64,000 nt of DNA from the human T2T-CHM13v2.0 reference genome, Homo sapiens (GCF_009914755.1 NC_060944.1), one strand, 5' to 3'. Shown: positions 24,910 through 41,031, counted from the stretch's first letter. Translations and numbers: made by a program. The notes: generated by a model from the letters alone, not told the origin.

Positions 24910-25316
24910 CCAAGGAGGGTTCTAAGTCTTGATGATTTCCAATGAGAGTGATAGGTCTTTGCCATTTCCAAGAAGGGTGATAATTCTTGGCCATCTCCAA
25001 GGAGGGTGATAGGTCTTGACCATCTCCAAAGAGGGTTATTAGTCTTGACTATCTCCAAGGAAGTAGTTCCTTCAAGGAGGGTGATAGTTCTTGGCCATCT
25101 CCAAGGAGGGTGACAAGTCTTGGCTATCTTAAAAAAAAACTGATATGTCCTGACTATCTCCAAGGAAAGTGATAGGTCTTGGCCCTCTGCAAGGAAGTTT
25201 GTAGGTCTTGGCTATCTTCAAAGAAAGTGATAGGTCTTGACCATCTCAAAGGAGGGTGATACATCTTGACTATTAACTATCTGCAAGGAGAGTGATAGTT
25301 CTTGGCCATCTGCAAG
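24910..25316. repeat. Degenerate 29-bp minisatellite, ~14 copies (consensus ccaaggagggtgataggtcttggccatct)
   Basis: Units start at 24910, 24939, 24968, 24997, 25026, 25055 (short), 25072, 25101, 25130 and onward. Confidence 0.93.
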
Positions 25317-28300
25317 AGGCTATCATGAACAAGAAAGATGTAACACAGTGGAAAGAGAAAAGTCAAAGGGGAAGGCAGTTTATCTACAGGAAGGAAGCAA
25401 TGTGGAAGGTCACGGACATGAATGAGAGGTTAACCAACACAAGCCCAGGGATCTCCAGCCCTGGTGTTAATGGTGCTGCTTGGACAGCAGATGAGGTATT
25501 GTACCGCAGCCACCACATTCTCATCCCATAGTCATTATGTTACTGTTTTCAGGCCAAGATAAATGTAAGACTTAGTGGATGCCCCAGGTCCATGTTGCCC
25601 CCTGGTTGAGGTGTGGGAACCCAGAAGAGTAGTCCAATAAGCAGCAGGCAGGCCTCCTTTTGCTTCATGGACCTTGAATGTTCCTTCCTCATAACAATAT
25701 GTGCCATTTTGTCCTGAAATACTTTCTATTTGTCTCGGTCTTCCCAGCTGAACTGAAGTTTGCTGAGGGCAACAAATGTCTCATGTCCTACTCGCAGTTT
25801 GTTTCCCCAGTGTTTGGCACAGATCCTGGTATTTGTCAACTTGAGCCCACACTAATGTCTAAAAAAGGCTCACTTATTCAGGGTCTGTCACTCACTACAC
25901 TTACTTGGAGGGTGGATTTCAGGAGAAAGTCTAAAATATAAACATTGTGGTTTGAGACAGAGAATCTTAGCTCTGGAAGGAGCCTTAATCACCCAGCCAG
26001 ATTTCTTGATTATACAGGAGACAAAATTCAAGTCCCCAAGACAGGAATGAATTATCCAAGATGGCAGAGCTAGGGTAAAAAAATCTAGCTTGCACAACTC
26101 AGTATCTCCCCATGCCCCATAGTAACACCTAAGTATTCTTTCCAAGCTTATTGCTGCCTAACTTTTATCGTGATTTTCACCATGATGTATGTCTTAGAAG
26201 ACCAGTGTGCCTAAGGTGTAAGTTAGAGGGCCTAGAGAGAGAACACAAGACCAAGAACACACTCTCTCAGCCTCTGCTTCTGCCTTGACCTGCCCTGGTG
26301 CACTATAAGTGCATACATATGTGTGGGGTTATGAATTAATGATTTCTTCCCAAATAGAGTGCTTAGCATCATGAAGGCAAGGACCAGGTCTTGGTTGTTG
26401 ACTTCTATATTTAGGGCTATGGCATATGGTAGACAACAAAAAAATATTTGCATGACTAAATAAATAAATGGATAAATAGCCTCCCCTATTAATCTTCAGT
26501 TCAGGAATGCCATCGTAGCTAGGGAATTCCAAGCTTCTCAACCTCTTTTGTACCCACTGATCTCTATATCCCAAACTTCTGGGTAAAGAGCAACTGGTTA
26601 GACCCAGTGCTGGGAGAACTGATATGAATTGGATTAGTATAGGGCATATAAGTTCTCCTATTTTGTTGAATGCAGCCAGAACTAAACAATTTCTTTTCAT
26701 TTCAGGCTTTTTGAAGAAACAATATGTATCATTTAAAGAACAACAACAAAAATAAACTCTTGTAAATATTGCACTTCCATTTGCAAGCAGAAGATTAATA
26801 CAATAATAACACCTTGGATATGAAAAACAAACACTCAGTGAAATGCAAACCTGGCTAAAAGAAATTGCCTTCTTTCTTGGAGAAGAGTCACAGGAGACTA
26901 GAACACAAATTATTTTTCTCAGCTCTGGGCCTTTAGGGTATCAAAGCTTCCTGAAAAGGATCATGCATCACGGAAAGTGTTAATGTACCTTATTATTCCA
27001 TTTCTCTCTGATGAATTCTTTGGAATCAATAAGGTACTTAACAGTTAAGAATTTCATTAGGTTGCATTGCAATACCAGGAATCTCTTAGATTTATATAAC
27101 ACCTATCTTCAGCAAGTTCTTTTAAAGCAATCATAGAGGAAAATATGTTCTCCTGCTGTGTGAACTCAGTGAATCATGTCGACATAGGGTATTTTTCTCC
27201 TTGTGGACTCATTGAGTCTTGAGTAAGACAGAGTTTACGCAAGCATTGCAAGTTTTCTGTATGTTTATCTTGCTGTTTGTATGTTTCTAAAATATATAAT
27301 TCCACTAAGTATGTGTCCAAAAGTGGTCTGAAAGATGAGGAGGAAAATAACTACACTGTTTGACAGAGAACTTGACTTGGTATTTAGCTGGGAAGATCAG
27401 ACAGGAAGACAAGGAAAGTTGATTAATTCTGCAAAACAATAATGCAGAAAAAAGTCATAAGGTAGCCCTTTGCACAATCACTTCATGAAGGGTAAATCTA
27501 GAGGAGCTGAGAATTCAGGGGTGGGCATTTTCCATTGAGGCTGAAGTGTTCTGAGAAGAAAAGAGTTGACCTTGAAGGATTGGCAGAAAAGAGCACTGAG
27601 ACTATTCCAAGAGGCATCCCAGAGTGACACAGTATTTGTGTTGATTATGCATTTCTTGTGATTCTTGTCTATTTCAAATCCATTCATGAAGACAATGATC
27701 AATGTAAAGACCTGAGTGGCTATGATCGATAAAGAAACAGAAGTGAAGGTCAATGTTCTACCAATGCTGATGTACCGGTCTGAGCTGCAGAAGCACCTGC
27801 TTTGCAATGTTTCTCCATCTTAATTACTTTGTAAATCTCACAATCATAGAAGATCCTGCAACTAAAACATTCTATTGCTTTGCGATTTAACCATCCTTTG
27901 ATCTCTTAATTATACTAAGGTCCTTTGATAAAATAACCTGCTTCAACACAAGACTTAGCACGTTTTCTGTGAGCCCTACAAATTATATATAGCTACCAAA
28001 GAGTACAAAAGTTTCCCATTTATAAAGCTGATCCACATATACCGACTTGAACCCATCTATATATTTGTGTTCATTTGGCAGAACTTACAATGAAAATCAA
28101 CTTCTCTGAAACCCTGTATGGTGCTGAGTGTTGTGAGAGATATCACAGCCTTGAGTCAAGCTAATTCATTGGAATCATGAATAGTCTCTAAATAGGCACA
28201 TGCCAGGAAAATAAAAAAGGCTATTAAGAGAATGAAAATATCCAAGAAAGCCGTCATGGGGTAACGGTGATCAGGGGTTGGGAGGGAGGAAGACAGGATA

Positions 28301-29459
28301 GGTCAGTTCAATCCATGCATGTTTGTTAAACATTTGGGGTTCTCTTTGCTTGTATACACAGGACTTCCTTAGAGTTTACAAATTTAGAGAGACATAGTAC
28401 ATGTGATTCATTTTAGAGAGTTTTTTTTTCTCAAGTACAATGAAATTCTTTTACTGTGCAATGAAAATTCAGCAACCATTCTGATCATCTTTCTGGTTTC
28501 TATTCCACATGCTTGGGACAGGTTTCTTTGAACCATTCTTATCCCAGTGCATTATAACTTTGGTTTTACCTTATTTTTCTCCTCTGTGCATGCCAGCATA
28601 TCAGTCATTTTCCTAAAGTTAATAGGAAGATTATACAGTAGTAAAATCTACTGGGAAACTTCTATGCCTTGATAAACACCCCCTCTTCCACCTCCATACT
28701 AATTAATTTCAGTTCTAATCACTTTATTCTTTGTGTGAAACAAAACATCTAAATTTGTTCCTTATAATCTTTGTCTACCTTCAGATTCCTAAAAATATCT
28801 CAAAACATGCATAAACATAAGGTTCTGAGAAGCAGGCTTTATCTCTTAACCCTTAGCATTTTTCAACTTGAAAACTTCATTGTCAGAGAAATCAGATGCA
28901 AAACATTATCTTTTTAGCCAAAGAAACATTTCCTATATCTTTGTGATGTTGCTTATTCAAAGTAGATTTTCTTATGTTGGTTTCAGATCACATTAATTGC
29001 ACTATTTATTTCTTTTCCCTTTGAGATTGTTATTTATCTGTTCTTGCTGTCTCCAGAATACATTTCCTACTAGCAGGAAGCCCTGAATGATGAATAAATA
29101 GAATTTAAACTTTACCAGGCTTGAAGGCACTGATATATAAATTTTTTGTTTGCTGATAGCAATAGACTTTTTAGTAAAAAAAAAAAAAAAAGACAGAAAC
29201 GAACAAACAAAAAATAAAATGAAGCATCAAATTGGAAAAAAGAGGACATTGTCTCAAGTTCAGGGGCTTACATCAATCTATGGGTTCTAGGGAAGTTTGT
29301 GGGCACCTTTGTTTGTGCACTAACAAAGGAAAGTAGCAAGAAGGCATTATGGCTGCCTCTAGGACCTTCATAGAAGCCCTAAACAAGGTTTCATTCAATC
29401 TTCCTATTTTTAAATAAAACACTGGGGAAGCATATGAGTAATGATACATAAAAAAGTAT

Positions 29460-29640
29460 GCTGTAGTGGAAAGAGCATGGATGGAGAGTCAGGGAACCTG
29501 GATTCTTGTCCTTGACTTACCTTCTCCGGAGGCATTTGATTTTTGACTGACCTTGTCATCTTTATATGGCTTGGCTACTTCATTTGTGGAATGAGAAGTT
29601 GAATAAAGAAAATTATCTTTTCTAGTTCTAATGAATAATG
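29460..29640 (+). mobile_element. MIR SINE
   Basis: tgtagtggaaagagcatgg...ggagtcagggaacctggattctt...cttcatttgtggaatgag. Confidence 0.65.
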
Positions 29641-32600
29641 ATGCTATAATAGTAAGTGCTTGCCAATAAAATGGAAGACCTGAATTCTCAGTGTGAGCTT
29701 CTTTCTCCTTGTGTTATACAGATCTAGAAACCTCAGCATGCAGACTGTAGAGCGTCACGTTCTACCTTCAGGTTAGTTGTCCTACTTTGGGTATGGTGAG
29801 ACAGTGCAGAGAGCTGGAGTAGGTAACATTGTAGAACTACTCCTGTGCACTCAAGAGAAGGTGCCAGAATCGGGACTGTAGTGATCGCCACAAGGGTGGC
29901 CATTTGCTGGGATTCTGAATCAATGTGTTTCAAGGTTGAGAAGGCCTTCTGGAATATCCAAATGGATTCCATTAATGGTTGAATGAAGGGTTGTTTTAAT
30001 GGAACTAATTTTATTACTTGTCTGCAAATCTATAATTTATATGGCTCTACCTTGTATCGTTCTATGGAAATTTTTGTTTTACCTCTTTAGCATACCCTGA
30101 AGGCACTAGTACTTCTTATTCAATGCATGTATGGATGTTTGTATTTTCCAAGAAAAATACTATAAATTTTGTAAAATCCTGCCATAGTCAGCTCTAGAGC
30201 AATGGAATACCTGTGTGTATGATAACCTGAATGATAAGGCCATTTCTTTTTAAGACTTTAAGCCTATTGCTCTCTCTTTCAGCCCCTAGATCAGTGTCCT
30301 TTCTAATTGAACACATATCCCTTCTGTCTTCCCTCAAATTGTTGTCTCTCTTAGAAATGGAATAATGTGAGAATGCTGGCCACTATAGGTGATATGTCTG
30401 ACTTCATCTTCTGTTATTTCTATTATCTTTCTTTGAAGGCTTCAAAAAGAAATGCTATCTTGTAGATGGTAAGCCTCAGGCTGGTGAATGCCATTTCAGG
30501 CTCATGGGAAGGAATTTGTTTCTTGTCTTGAACCCTTTTTGCTCCTGCCGGAGGCTGGATTTATTTACGATGTTATGCACTAACCACAGGTCTGTAATAC
30601 ATTTGAAAATAGGAACGCCCTTGAGATGCTTGTCTTATTAGTTTGGCAGGTGGAAACAATCTTGCAGCTGGAATCCCTGGAGTACAGGGCAGGGCCATTG
30701 GATCCATTTGTTCTGAACCATCTACTCATAAATACTATTTATGAAATTAAGTTCTTACACTATGACTGGAGTTTGGAAAGAAATGGAGGGAGGAAGTTGG
30801 AAAGGAATATTCTCATAAGGGATGAGGGTGAGCTGTCTGGGAAATCATGTTCTTCATGTGAGAAAACGAAATAATTGTCCACACATGTTCACACACATAA
30901 GAGCAATTTACCCCTTTAGGACTGTGTTCTATTTTCATCCATCCCCTCAATGACATACCTGATGCTCTTTATCTAATTGATGACATGTCAGTCTTAGGAT
31001 GTTTCACACCTTCTTTCATGAGTAGGGTAGTGTTAGAACACTTAGAATGGAAATTCTTTACCTTCCCATTATTTGCAAAACAGGCTTTACTTGGGATCTT
31101 ACCTATACATCTGGTTGGCCCAAAATGGTGTTGGCTTATGTCTGTTGTCATGGAATACTTGTTAATAGCATCCCCTTTCCCTGTGAAAAGGCCATGGTTT
31201 GAATGTTAAATGATAGAGGCACCGCAGCTTTGCCATGCTGGTACCAAGATGTCCTAATTACATGGACCAAGATGTTGACTTTAAAGTATTTTTTGGCCTG
31301 TGTCTATAAAGAGCTCATGACATCACAAACTGAAACAACTGGCTTATCATGAAGATTCATTAGCTAGGTGCAAAGACAAGTCAGAAATAGGGTTCATTTC
31401 CCTCTACTTTTCATGATGATCTTCTGCTTAATATGAGGTATGGGTTATTGTGGGGATGGAGTGAAACTCATCTAGAGGATAATTGTAAAGAGTGCTGCAC
31501 TGTGATTTTGAGATGTCACATCACATATTCCCATAATGTTTGTGGTCATTAGTTGCACAAATAAGCAGTCATGACTACCTGTAGAAGCCTTGGTTCTGAC
31601 CACATCAGTGTACTGAAATGTAGAGCTTGTGTTAGATTGACCTTTTCCAGTTTCTCTTCTTAATTCTCTCCACCCCATTCTTCTCTCTCCACCTTCTACC
31701 CAGAGGTAGTGAGAAGCCTAGCTCACTGTGTTTTGACTAGTGGTTAAATTAGAAATATACCTGTAGAGGTGAATCAATTACGTAAGTGTTGATTTGTCAT
31801 GGGACAGCTTTATGGTTGATGGAGTCTAATTGGTTCTTTATTTCTATATTTGGTATTCTGCCACCAGATAATACGAAAAACTCAATTAATTGCCATGGGA
31901 TGATTAAGTCAATTGCTTTATATTCTAGTGTTTAATCAGTCAATGTTCCTGTACATACCACTGACATTTTGGCAGCATAGCAATTAAGGCACTACTTGCC
32001 CTATTTATAGGTAATGAATGCTTTGAGTTATACAAAGGCAATAATCCTCAATTACTGCTTTCCTAAATTCAATTTAATTAAAAATTTTCCCAGATTATGT
32101 CTTTTTCAATGGGAGAACATTAAGTATTCATTCTTATAGGCCCATGATTTAACATTGTAACTTGGTCCAATTCTTTAAATAGTAATGTATAAACTAGGAT
32201 GCTTAGTAGTTAGTTTATGGGTGCACGTTTGAAGATTATGGAATTGATGGAACAATAAACAAATGCATGTGACTGAAAAACACCCAGCCCACTTGTGTAG
32301 GAGCACCTTCCAAATCACTGTCATATGAAATCATGCTGGAATATTTGTGAGCTTTGTCTTGACACTTTGTGAGGCCAAAAATGCTGGACTCTCTATACTT
32401 TTCATAAATGCAGATCATGAACTATCAATGCTGATTATGAAGTCAATGTTGGAACTGCCTCATATTTAAGTAGTGATGATCAATGATGATCAGTTGATAT
32501 AAAGATTGTTTACAGATATATCTGCATATAATTCTGTCAACTACATGACAAGGTATTATTGTCTCCATTTTGCCAATAAATTGAGAAGCTGGTTTGAAGT

Positions 32601-34674
32601 TAGAGATGTAGATTTAAGAGTTATTAAGGTCCATCTCGTTTTGGAAAATAATAGACTATGCCACTTTCCAGAATCTTAGAAAGGAGTAATGATAAGCTGT
32701 CCTAGAAACCATTTGAAGGAAAGGAATGTCATTTCCTTCAGCTTATCATGAGAACTAGCCTTAGCCGAAGCAAGGTCACTTTTTTGAAATGCACTTGTTT
32801 TGTAAAAAGGATGGCTAGACTGACCCAATGCATTGAAATGTCCAGGACTCAAGCTCCTGTCCACCAGCTCCTTAGGATCTTTTCAGCCTGCAGACTGGAC
32901 GTGCACACAGTGGCAGGCAATGTATCTCTGGATTTTCACGCTCCTGGAGTAGATGAGCTGTGTTTGCTATAAAATGTCATGTTTGCTGTGTATCTGGGAA
33001 GACTTAATGAAGCATTGTGCACGCAGAGGCAGGATGATGCTGACATTAATCATCGCTGCTAACTTCTGGATGTGAAAGCAGATGGTGACACCCATGGCTT
33101 CTCAGACAGCACAGGTTGAGGATGTGAGTTGATCCTACTGGTTTTCCTTTAGAAGCCTATTTTCTTTTTCTGTTGTCATTTCTATATTCCTACTGAAGGA
33201 ACAACTGTTACAGAAACACTTAAGGAATACATGGAAACATGTGTGAGTGTGTAAAGCTGTGTGAAACCAGCTTTACTTTATTCATCCCCTTTTTTCAAAG
33301 GAAGTTAATAAATATGATCAGAAACACTCTCTTGAGGAACAAGCAACAGGAAAAAAATAATACTTTCCAAGAAGAACCAAAATATTTCAGTCCTTTGAAG
33401 GGCTAAATTCTGGGATCCCTAAAACTCTTTCCCTTCTATTAGACCTGTCCTGTCTTTTCCCAGTTTATTTCCTTTGTTATGAAAGCACCTGGGGAAAGGT
33501 GCTAGGTTCACATGGAGCCAACCAGGCATGGCACTCCCATGCCACTTTACTGTCAACAAAAAGGTTGACTGTGTTATCTATTCCATTCTTAAAGTTCTCC
33601 AGGCAGAGGTTTGTAAAACACCATTGGGACTGTTGGTTTTGTGACACTGGGAGTCTTCTTGCTCTCTCTCCCATCTTCTTCTTGTCCAGAGTCACCATTG
33701 TAGTATTTTTTAGGCATACTGAAAACATTTAAGACCATGTTAGATTTTCAAGAGCCACTTGGTTGATAACTCATGGCAACTGTTTTCAGAACACCAATGC
33801 AGTTGCCAAGTGGGCTAGCAGTAAGCCTTGACCTATTTCAGTACATAGGTACCTGTTTTGTTTTAGAGTTAACTGTTTACAAAAAAGTTAGAATTCCAGA
33901 ACCAATACTTTCCTACATGAAAGTGCCATGGGATCTGGGCTTAAATGACCAGAGCCAGGCCTCTGATACTTTGGAGAGCAGCATACCCAGTCTTGGGATC
34001 ATGCTGACAGGTTCCCAAGCACACTTCAAAGTGAAGGGGCTACTATCATCAGTCCCACATGCAGTTCTTATAAAAGAGACGACCCCAGGACATAAAAAAG
34101 CCTTTTATCACTCTGAAAACCTTTATTACTGTTGAGAAGCAGACCTTTTGCACCTTCTAATGATTTTATTAAGTACTAAGCTAACAGAACAAGCCCCCTT
34201 TTAGTGCCTGAAATAAATCATCTGACTTTTAAACCTTTCTTAAGAGACTATATAGATATGAAATTATATATAATGTTAAGAAAAACAAGGATAATTAAAT
34301 GCTCTTTTATTTTTCAAAGGTGATAACGTTCATTTGTAATTCTTACAGAAGGTGCAAACTGTGAGTTGAATCTCCCAAAGAACCAGATCCAAAATAATTA
34401 TTCTAAAAATATAATAGCATCCAGCCAATAATCTAAGCAAATAGAGACAAGGTAGCATTATACAGCCAATTAAGCTATACACTCTTCATGCGGCATCCCA
34501 GGAGTTAATCAAACACCCACTCTAGATGACAGACCAACAAGTTAAGGGAACTGGAAATCTTTAGGACCACCTTTGCATTTTCTGTATCAAGATGGGCACA
34601 CTGCCAAGTCACCAGCAGACATGCATGTTAAGTTGTTTGACTAGCAATGGAGATTAATTTTCATTAAACCATCT

Positions 34675-35019
34675 GCAACAGACCAAATTATTTGTGTCTC
34701 TCCAAAATTCATACGTTGGAATTCTAATCCCATTGTGATGGTATTTGAAGGTGGGGTCTTCGAGAGGTAATTAGGTCATGAGGTTGGATTCCTCATGAAT
34801 GTTAGTAGTGACCTAGTAAGAAGGGAGCAGAGAGCTAGCTCACTCTTTTTCTACCCTGTGAGATACAAGAAGACAGCAGTCTGCCACCCAGAGAAGGGTC
34901 TTTACAAGAACCTGATCCTACTGGTACCCTGATCTAGACTTCCAGTCTCTAAAACTGAAAATAAATTTCTGTTGTTTATAAGTCTATGGTACTTTCTTAT
35001 AGCAGTCTGAACTAAGACA
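34675..35019 (+). mobile_element. MLT1A-like MaLR solo LTR
   Basis: tttgtgtctctccaaaattcatacgttggaattctaatccc...aataaatttctgttgtttataag...tatagcagtctgaactaagaca. Confidence 0.85.
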
Positions 35020-35237
35020 CTACCTGAATTTTCCTCCCTGATCCCAGTTGTGACCAGCCATACACATTTGTAAATGTGTTCATGGTAGAGACTGCGGCCT
35101 TAAGCCTATAGGTGTAGATTTCATGAACTTGGTCTACCTCAACTTTGCTATTTTTGCAGAGAAGAGTTGGGCCGCTCTATCTATTTCTGTACCCATCACC
35201 AATCTTTCTATCTCCCATGTGATTCAAAAATCATTAG

Positions 35238-35810
35238 TGTCTGGCAGATTGTATTTTCCAAACATGACTGTGCTTATATCTCCCATTTTATGTGATCTTC
35301 TTACACTGTAATTTTGACACTCCTTCCATTGAATGTTAGAGTTTATGTGCCCTGTCCTTGAACATGGACAGAACCTTCTCATTGCCATGACCAATAAAGT
35401 ATAGTATACATGCTATGTGATACCCAAGAATATATCATAAAAATGCTATGCATTTCTGTCTTTGGAACACTTGGTCTTGGAACCCAGCTCCATGCAGAAG
35501 AAACAAACTAACCCACACAGAGAAGCTACATGGAGATTCCATGTATAGGTGTTCCATCCAACCGCCCAGCTGAGATCCCAGTCAACTGCCAGCAAAACCC
35601 ACCAGACATGTTGATCCCAGCCCAAGCTATCTAGTCACTCTCCTTGAAATCCCACAGCTTGGCCCCAGACATCATAGAGAAGCAGATAAACCATTCTCAC
35701 TGTGCCCCATCCAAACCCCTGACCCACAGAATCTATGAGCAGAATCAAATAGCTGTTCTGTGCTATTAGGTTTTAGGGAAGTTTGTTACACAGCAACAGT
35801 AACTGAAACA
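35238..35810 (+). mobile_element. MLT1G/H-like MaLR solo LTR
   Basis: ggcagattgtattttccaaacatgact...cctgacccacagaatctatgagcagaat...gtttgttacacagcaacagtaactgaaaca. Confidence 0.8.
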
Positions 35811-36250
35811 CTGGCAAAGCTTAGACTTGGCTTGCTTGCGAGCCCTGAAACAGAACATCATATTCTATCTTGAGAGATATTCTACGGCCCACAAAACCTC
35901 TCAAATTTCCACAATTTGCAATCTTCAGTGAGAGCCAGTCGGGGATTGTATGAGCTCAAAGTGGCTCAAGATGAACTTGGCTCTTTTCTGAAGCACACAT
36001 TTTAAAAAGTAAATAAAAGTCTACTTTATCCTTTTTTAAAGCAATTTTTCAATCGTTTGGTGCCTCAAAGGATTGTATTATCTTACAGGAAAACCTTAAG
36101 AGAGAGATATGTCCTCCTTGCCTTATACAAATTTGAAAGGTCTCCTCTATCTTTAGGATGACCTCTTCTACTTCTTCCCACTCCCCTTCTTCTATCTACA
36201 GAAGACAAGCTCTCATCCAGACCCACAGAAGATGATTTACTAATATTTTA

Positions 36251-36549
<299 letters not shown>

Positions 36550-37488
36550 TGATTTACCAATGTTTTAGACTAACTGAATGCCTCAAATACTCTGGAGACC
36601 ACTCATAGCATTCACAGTTTCATTGCTAGAAAGAGCATTCATCCTTCTCCCAGGGCCATCAAAGCTCTGCTCTTGACAGAGCTTCCTGACATGAACCTTT
36701 CTCCATGCACGTATCTGAAAAGGAAAAAATAGAAGTCACTAATTCAGGTGATTAGATCAGCCTCTACTCCTGGAGCTTGTCCCAAAGTCCACATTCTGTG
36801 GAGTTCAGTGGTAAACAATGCCCATGCACCCAAGTGCCCCTTATCAACCCAAACAAGGAAAAGGCCTCTTCAATTTCCTTTCCTCATCAATCTGAGGGAA
36901 CAGACAATACATAATTTCCTCCTACATCAGGCTACAGCGAAAACACATCTTGTTCGGAACTAGACACTTACTCCTAAGAATGACAGTTTGATTCTAATCC
37001 ACAGGAGTAACAGAAAGCAATCAAAGCAAAAAGCAGATGCAAGGCCCTCAAACTGCCATGCCCTGAAACAGGGTCACTCCAGGGATCAGCTTGTCCTGAG
37101 AGCAGGAGGGAAACATTTGATGAAATGTAGGATTTCTGTGGCAGCAGAAAAGACCCCTGCATTATGGATGGAAGTCACCCTGGGAAAAGCACCAAAAATG
37201 TTCAAAGGCCAAGGAATGATTTGTGACAAAGAGAGAAAAAAACGATAAGCAGCATTAAAACCCAAAATTACTAGCTACCAAGCTGGTTATTGATTACCAG
37301 GGTCCCATCTGAATTCAGCCAAATCCTTAATCAAAGGGTTTATAGATATTATGCATGTTACAGTCTACAACAGGAAAGTTACTTTTTCCAAAGGTTTTAT
37401 CCACTTTTGGGGTCATACTTGGGCATTTTCAGCCACGTTTGACTTACAGAAAAGAGAACTACACCAATTGTCACAATATTCTGGTACT

Positions 37489-38913
<1,425 letters not shown>

Positions 38914-40029
38914 AATATTTTGTTACTAAACCAATTCTATTACAAAAAACCCACACAGTGGAACCTGGTATCCACTGAGGGCTTCTAGTCCACTGAGACC
39001 TCTATTCAATTGCCTCATCTCAATTTTCCACATACTGAGGAAGTCCACAGTCTACCAGATTTTTTGTGAATTTCTGGAATGTAACAATGTTCTTATGGTA
39101 CCTCTGACTTGAGTTCATCTTTCAATTCATATTGTCTCTTCTAAAACCTCCCAACCCAAAGATAAAACCCAGCCTCTTCCCCAGAATGCACATAAAATAA
39201 CTACTGTCTTCAAGCATTTTGTAGGAGGAAGATCACCATGCATCATGTAGCAAGCAGTGTTGAAGCACATGGCAAGTGTTCCCACTCTGTAAAGTCTTTC
39301 TCATAAGCCTACTACCCCTAAAATCTTCCTGGCTCTCTGCTGTTACCTTCGACTATGGGCTGGGCCCTCTATTTGCTCCTCCCTCCTATCTCCTCTTTTC
39401 TGCCGTCTTTCTCTTCTAAAGAACAACTTCCCACCCTTCCCCCACTGCATTTTCTCCTACAGACCATTTAAATCATTTCTTTTGTTTTCAAGCTCCTAAA
39501 GAAAGTTAGTTCTGTACCTAACTGAAATCATGATGGCAACTAGTAAGATAAGGTAAGACTTGCCTCTGTATAGCAGCAACAAGAAAGACACTTCTCATCT
39601 TGTTGCTTGAGTTTCTCATCCCTGAAATGCCAAGGTTGGATTGTGATTCCCCACTTTGGCATTTCCCTGAAGCCCACTGGGGAGCCAACATTGTGCATGT
39701 GGAAAAGAAATGTCAGCATATTGGCATCTGGGCTAATGAACAGATCTGCTAATTATGTTTTATGTGAAATGTGAAATTCAAAGAAAACATTAGGGGATAT
39801 TAGCATTGCTAAACACAGTCCTATGCCATTTAAAAAAATATGTTTATTACTGCTCTGCCACTAATCTCTTATGAAACTTCAGAAAATTAGTTAACATATT
39901 TAAGCTTCGTTGTTTTTCCAATCCTGCATTTGTAACATGCTGCAATCAGTGTTGGTGATTTCCAAGGCACACTGCAACCGCATTGGACAACTGTTTGATG
40001 GGAATATGCAAAAGGTAAACCAACATGCT

Positions 40030-41025
40030 ATGACTTATATTACTATGTTTAGGTATAAGCCCAATAGAAATGTATATATGTGCCCACCAAAAGACATGTA
40101 TAAAAATATTCACAGCAGCACTATTCAGTATAGCTCACTGGTGAGATGAATGATGCCCTCCCTAAAAGATGTATCTGCATCTTAACCCCCAGAACCCGTG
40201 AATGTGCCCTAACTTATCCTTGAAGATGTTAATTAAGTTATGGATATTGAAATGAGATCATCCTGGATTACCTGGATGAACTCTAAATCCAATAACAAGT
40301 GTTCTTATGAGAGACAGAAGAGATCAGGGATAAAGAGGAAGAAGAGGAGATGATCTTGTCAAGACAAGCAGAGATTGGAATGTTGCACAGCCATGAAGTG
40401 AATGGAACCACCAGAATCTAGAAGAGGCAAGGAAGGATTCTCCCCTAGAGCCTTCAGAAGGAGTGCAGCCCTGGCCAACACCTTAATTTCAGACTCCAGG
40501 CCTCCAGAACCGAGAGAGAATACATTTCTGTTGTTTTAAGTCACCAACTCTGTTGGTGACTTTGTTGCAGTAGCCCCAGGAAAGAATACAAGTCCCAAAC
40601 TGAAAACTGTCCACATGTTCATTAATAGTAGCATGAATACAAGAATGGTAGTGTAGTCACAAAGCAGAATACTTTACAGCAACGAAACAAAACAAAGAGC
40701 ATGGATGAAGCTTCATCAACAAACACCAACGTGGTGTTAATGAAGGAAGCCAGACTCAGCGTGCATAATGCATGATCTTGTTCATATGAAGTTCAAAAAC
40801 AAGAAAAGCCTCATTTTGTGAGAGACGTCAGAATTGGATCTACCTTTTAGAAGGGGCATTGATTTGGAGGGGGCACAAGAAAGCTCACTGGGGTGCTGGA
40901 AGTGTTCTACTTCATGATCTGGGTAGTGATTACATAGCGTGCTTGTTTTGTATAAATACTTTGAGTTGTATACTTAATATTTGTGCACTTTATTGTATGT
41001 ATGTTCATTTTCAAAAAGAGTTTTT
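40030..41025 (+). mobile_element. Old L1ME-like 3' region interrupted by an MLT1 LTR
   Basis: atatgtgcccaccaaaagacatgtataaaaatattcacagcagcactatt...ctggggtgctggaagtgttctacttcatgatctgggtagtgattacat. Confidence 0.75.
40139..40590 (+). mobile_element. MLT1C/D MaLR solo LTR
   Basis: cttaacccccagaacccgtgaatgtg...gaagaggcaaggaaggattctcccctagagccttcagaaggagtgcagccct...gcagtagccccaggaaagaataca. Confidence 0.88.
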
Positions 41026-41031
41026 AAACTA

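Noticed and set aside
24910-25316. 29-bp repeats as a CRISPR array
   Set aside because: The units are head-to-tail with no unique spacers, there are no cas genes, and the context is primate DNA.
27478-27807. 109-aa ORF in unique sequence, and a faint RTE-like peptide (KVNVLPMLMYRSE) on the opposite strand
   Set aside because: No recognisable domain or clear exon structure; the peptide similarity is too short to support without a profile search.
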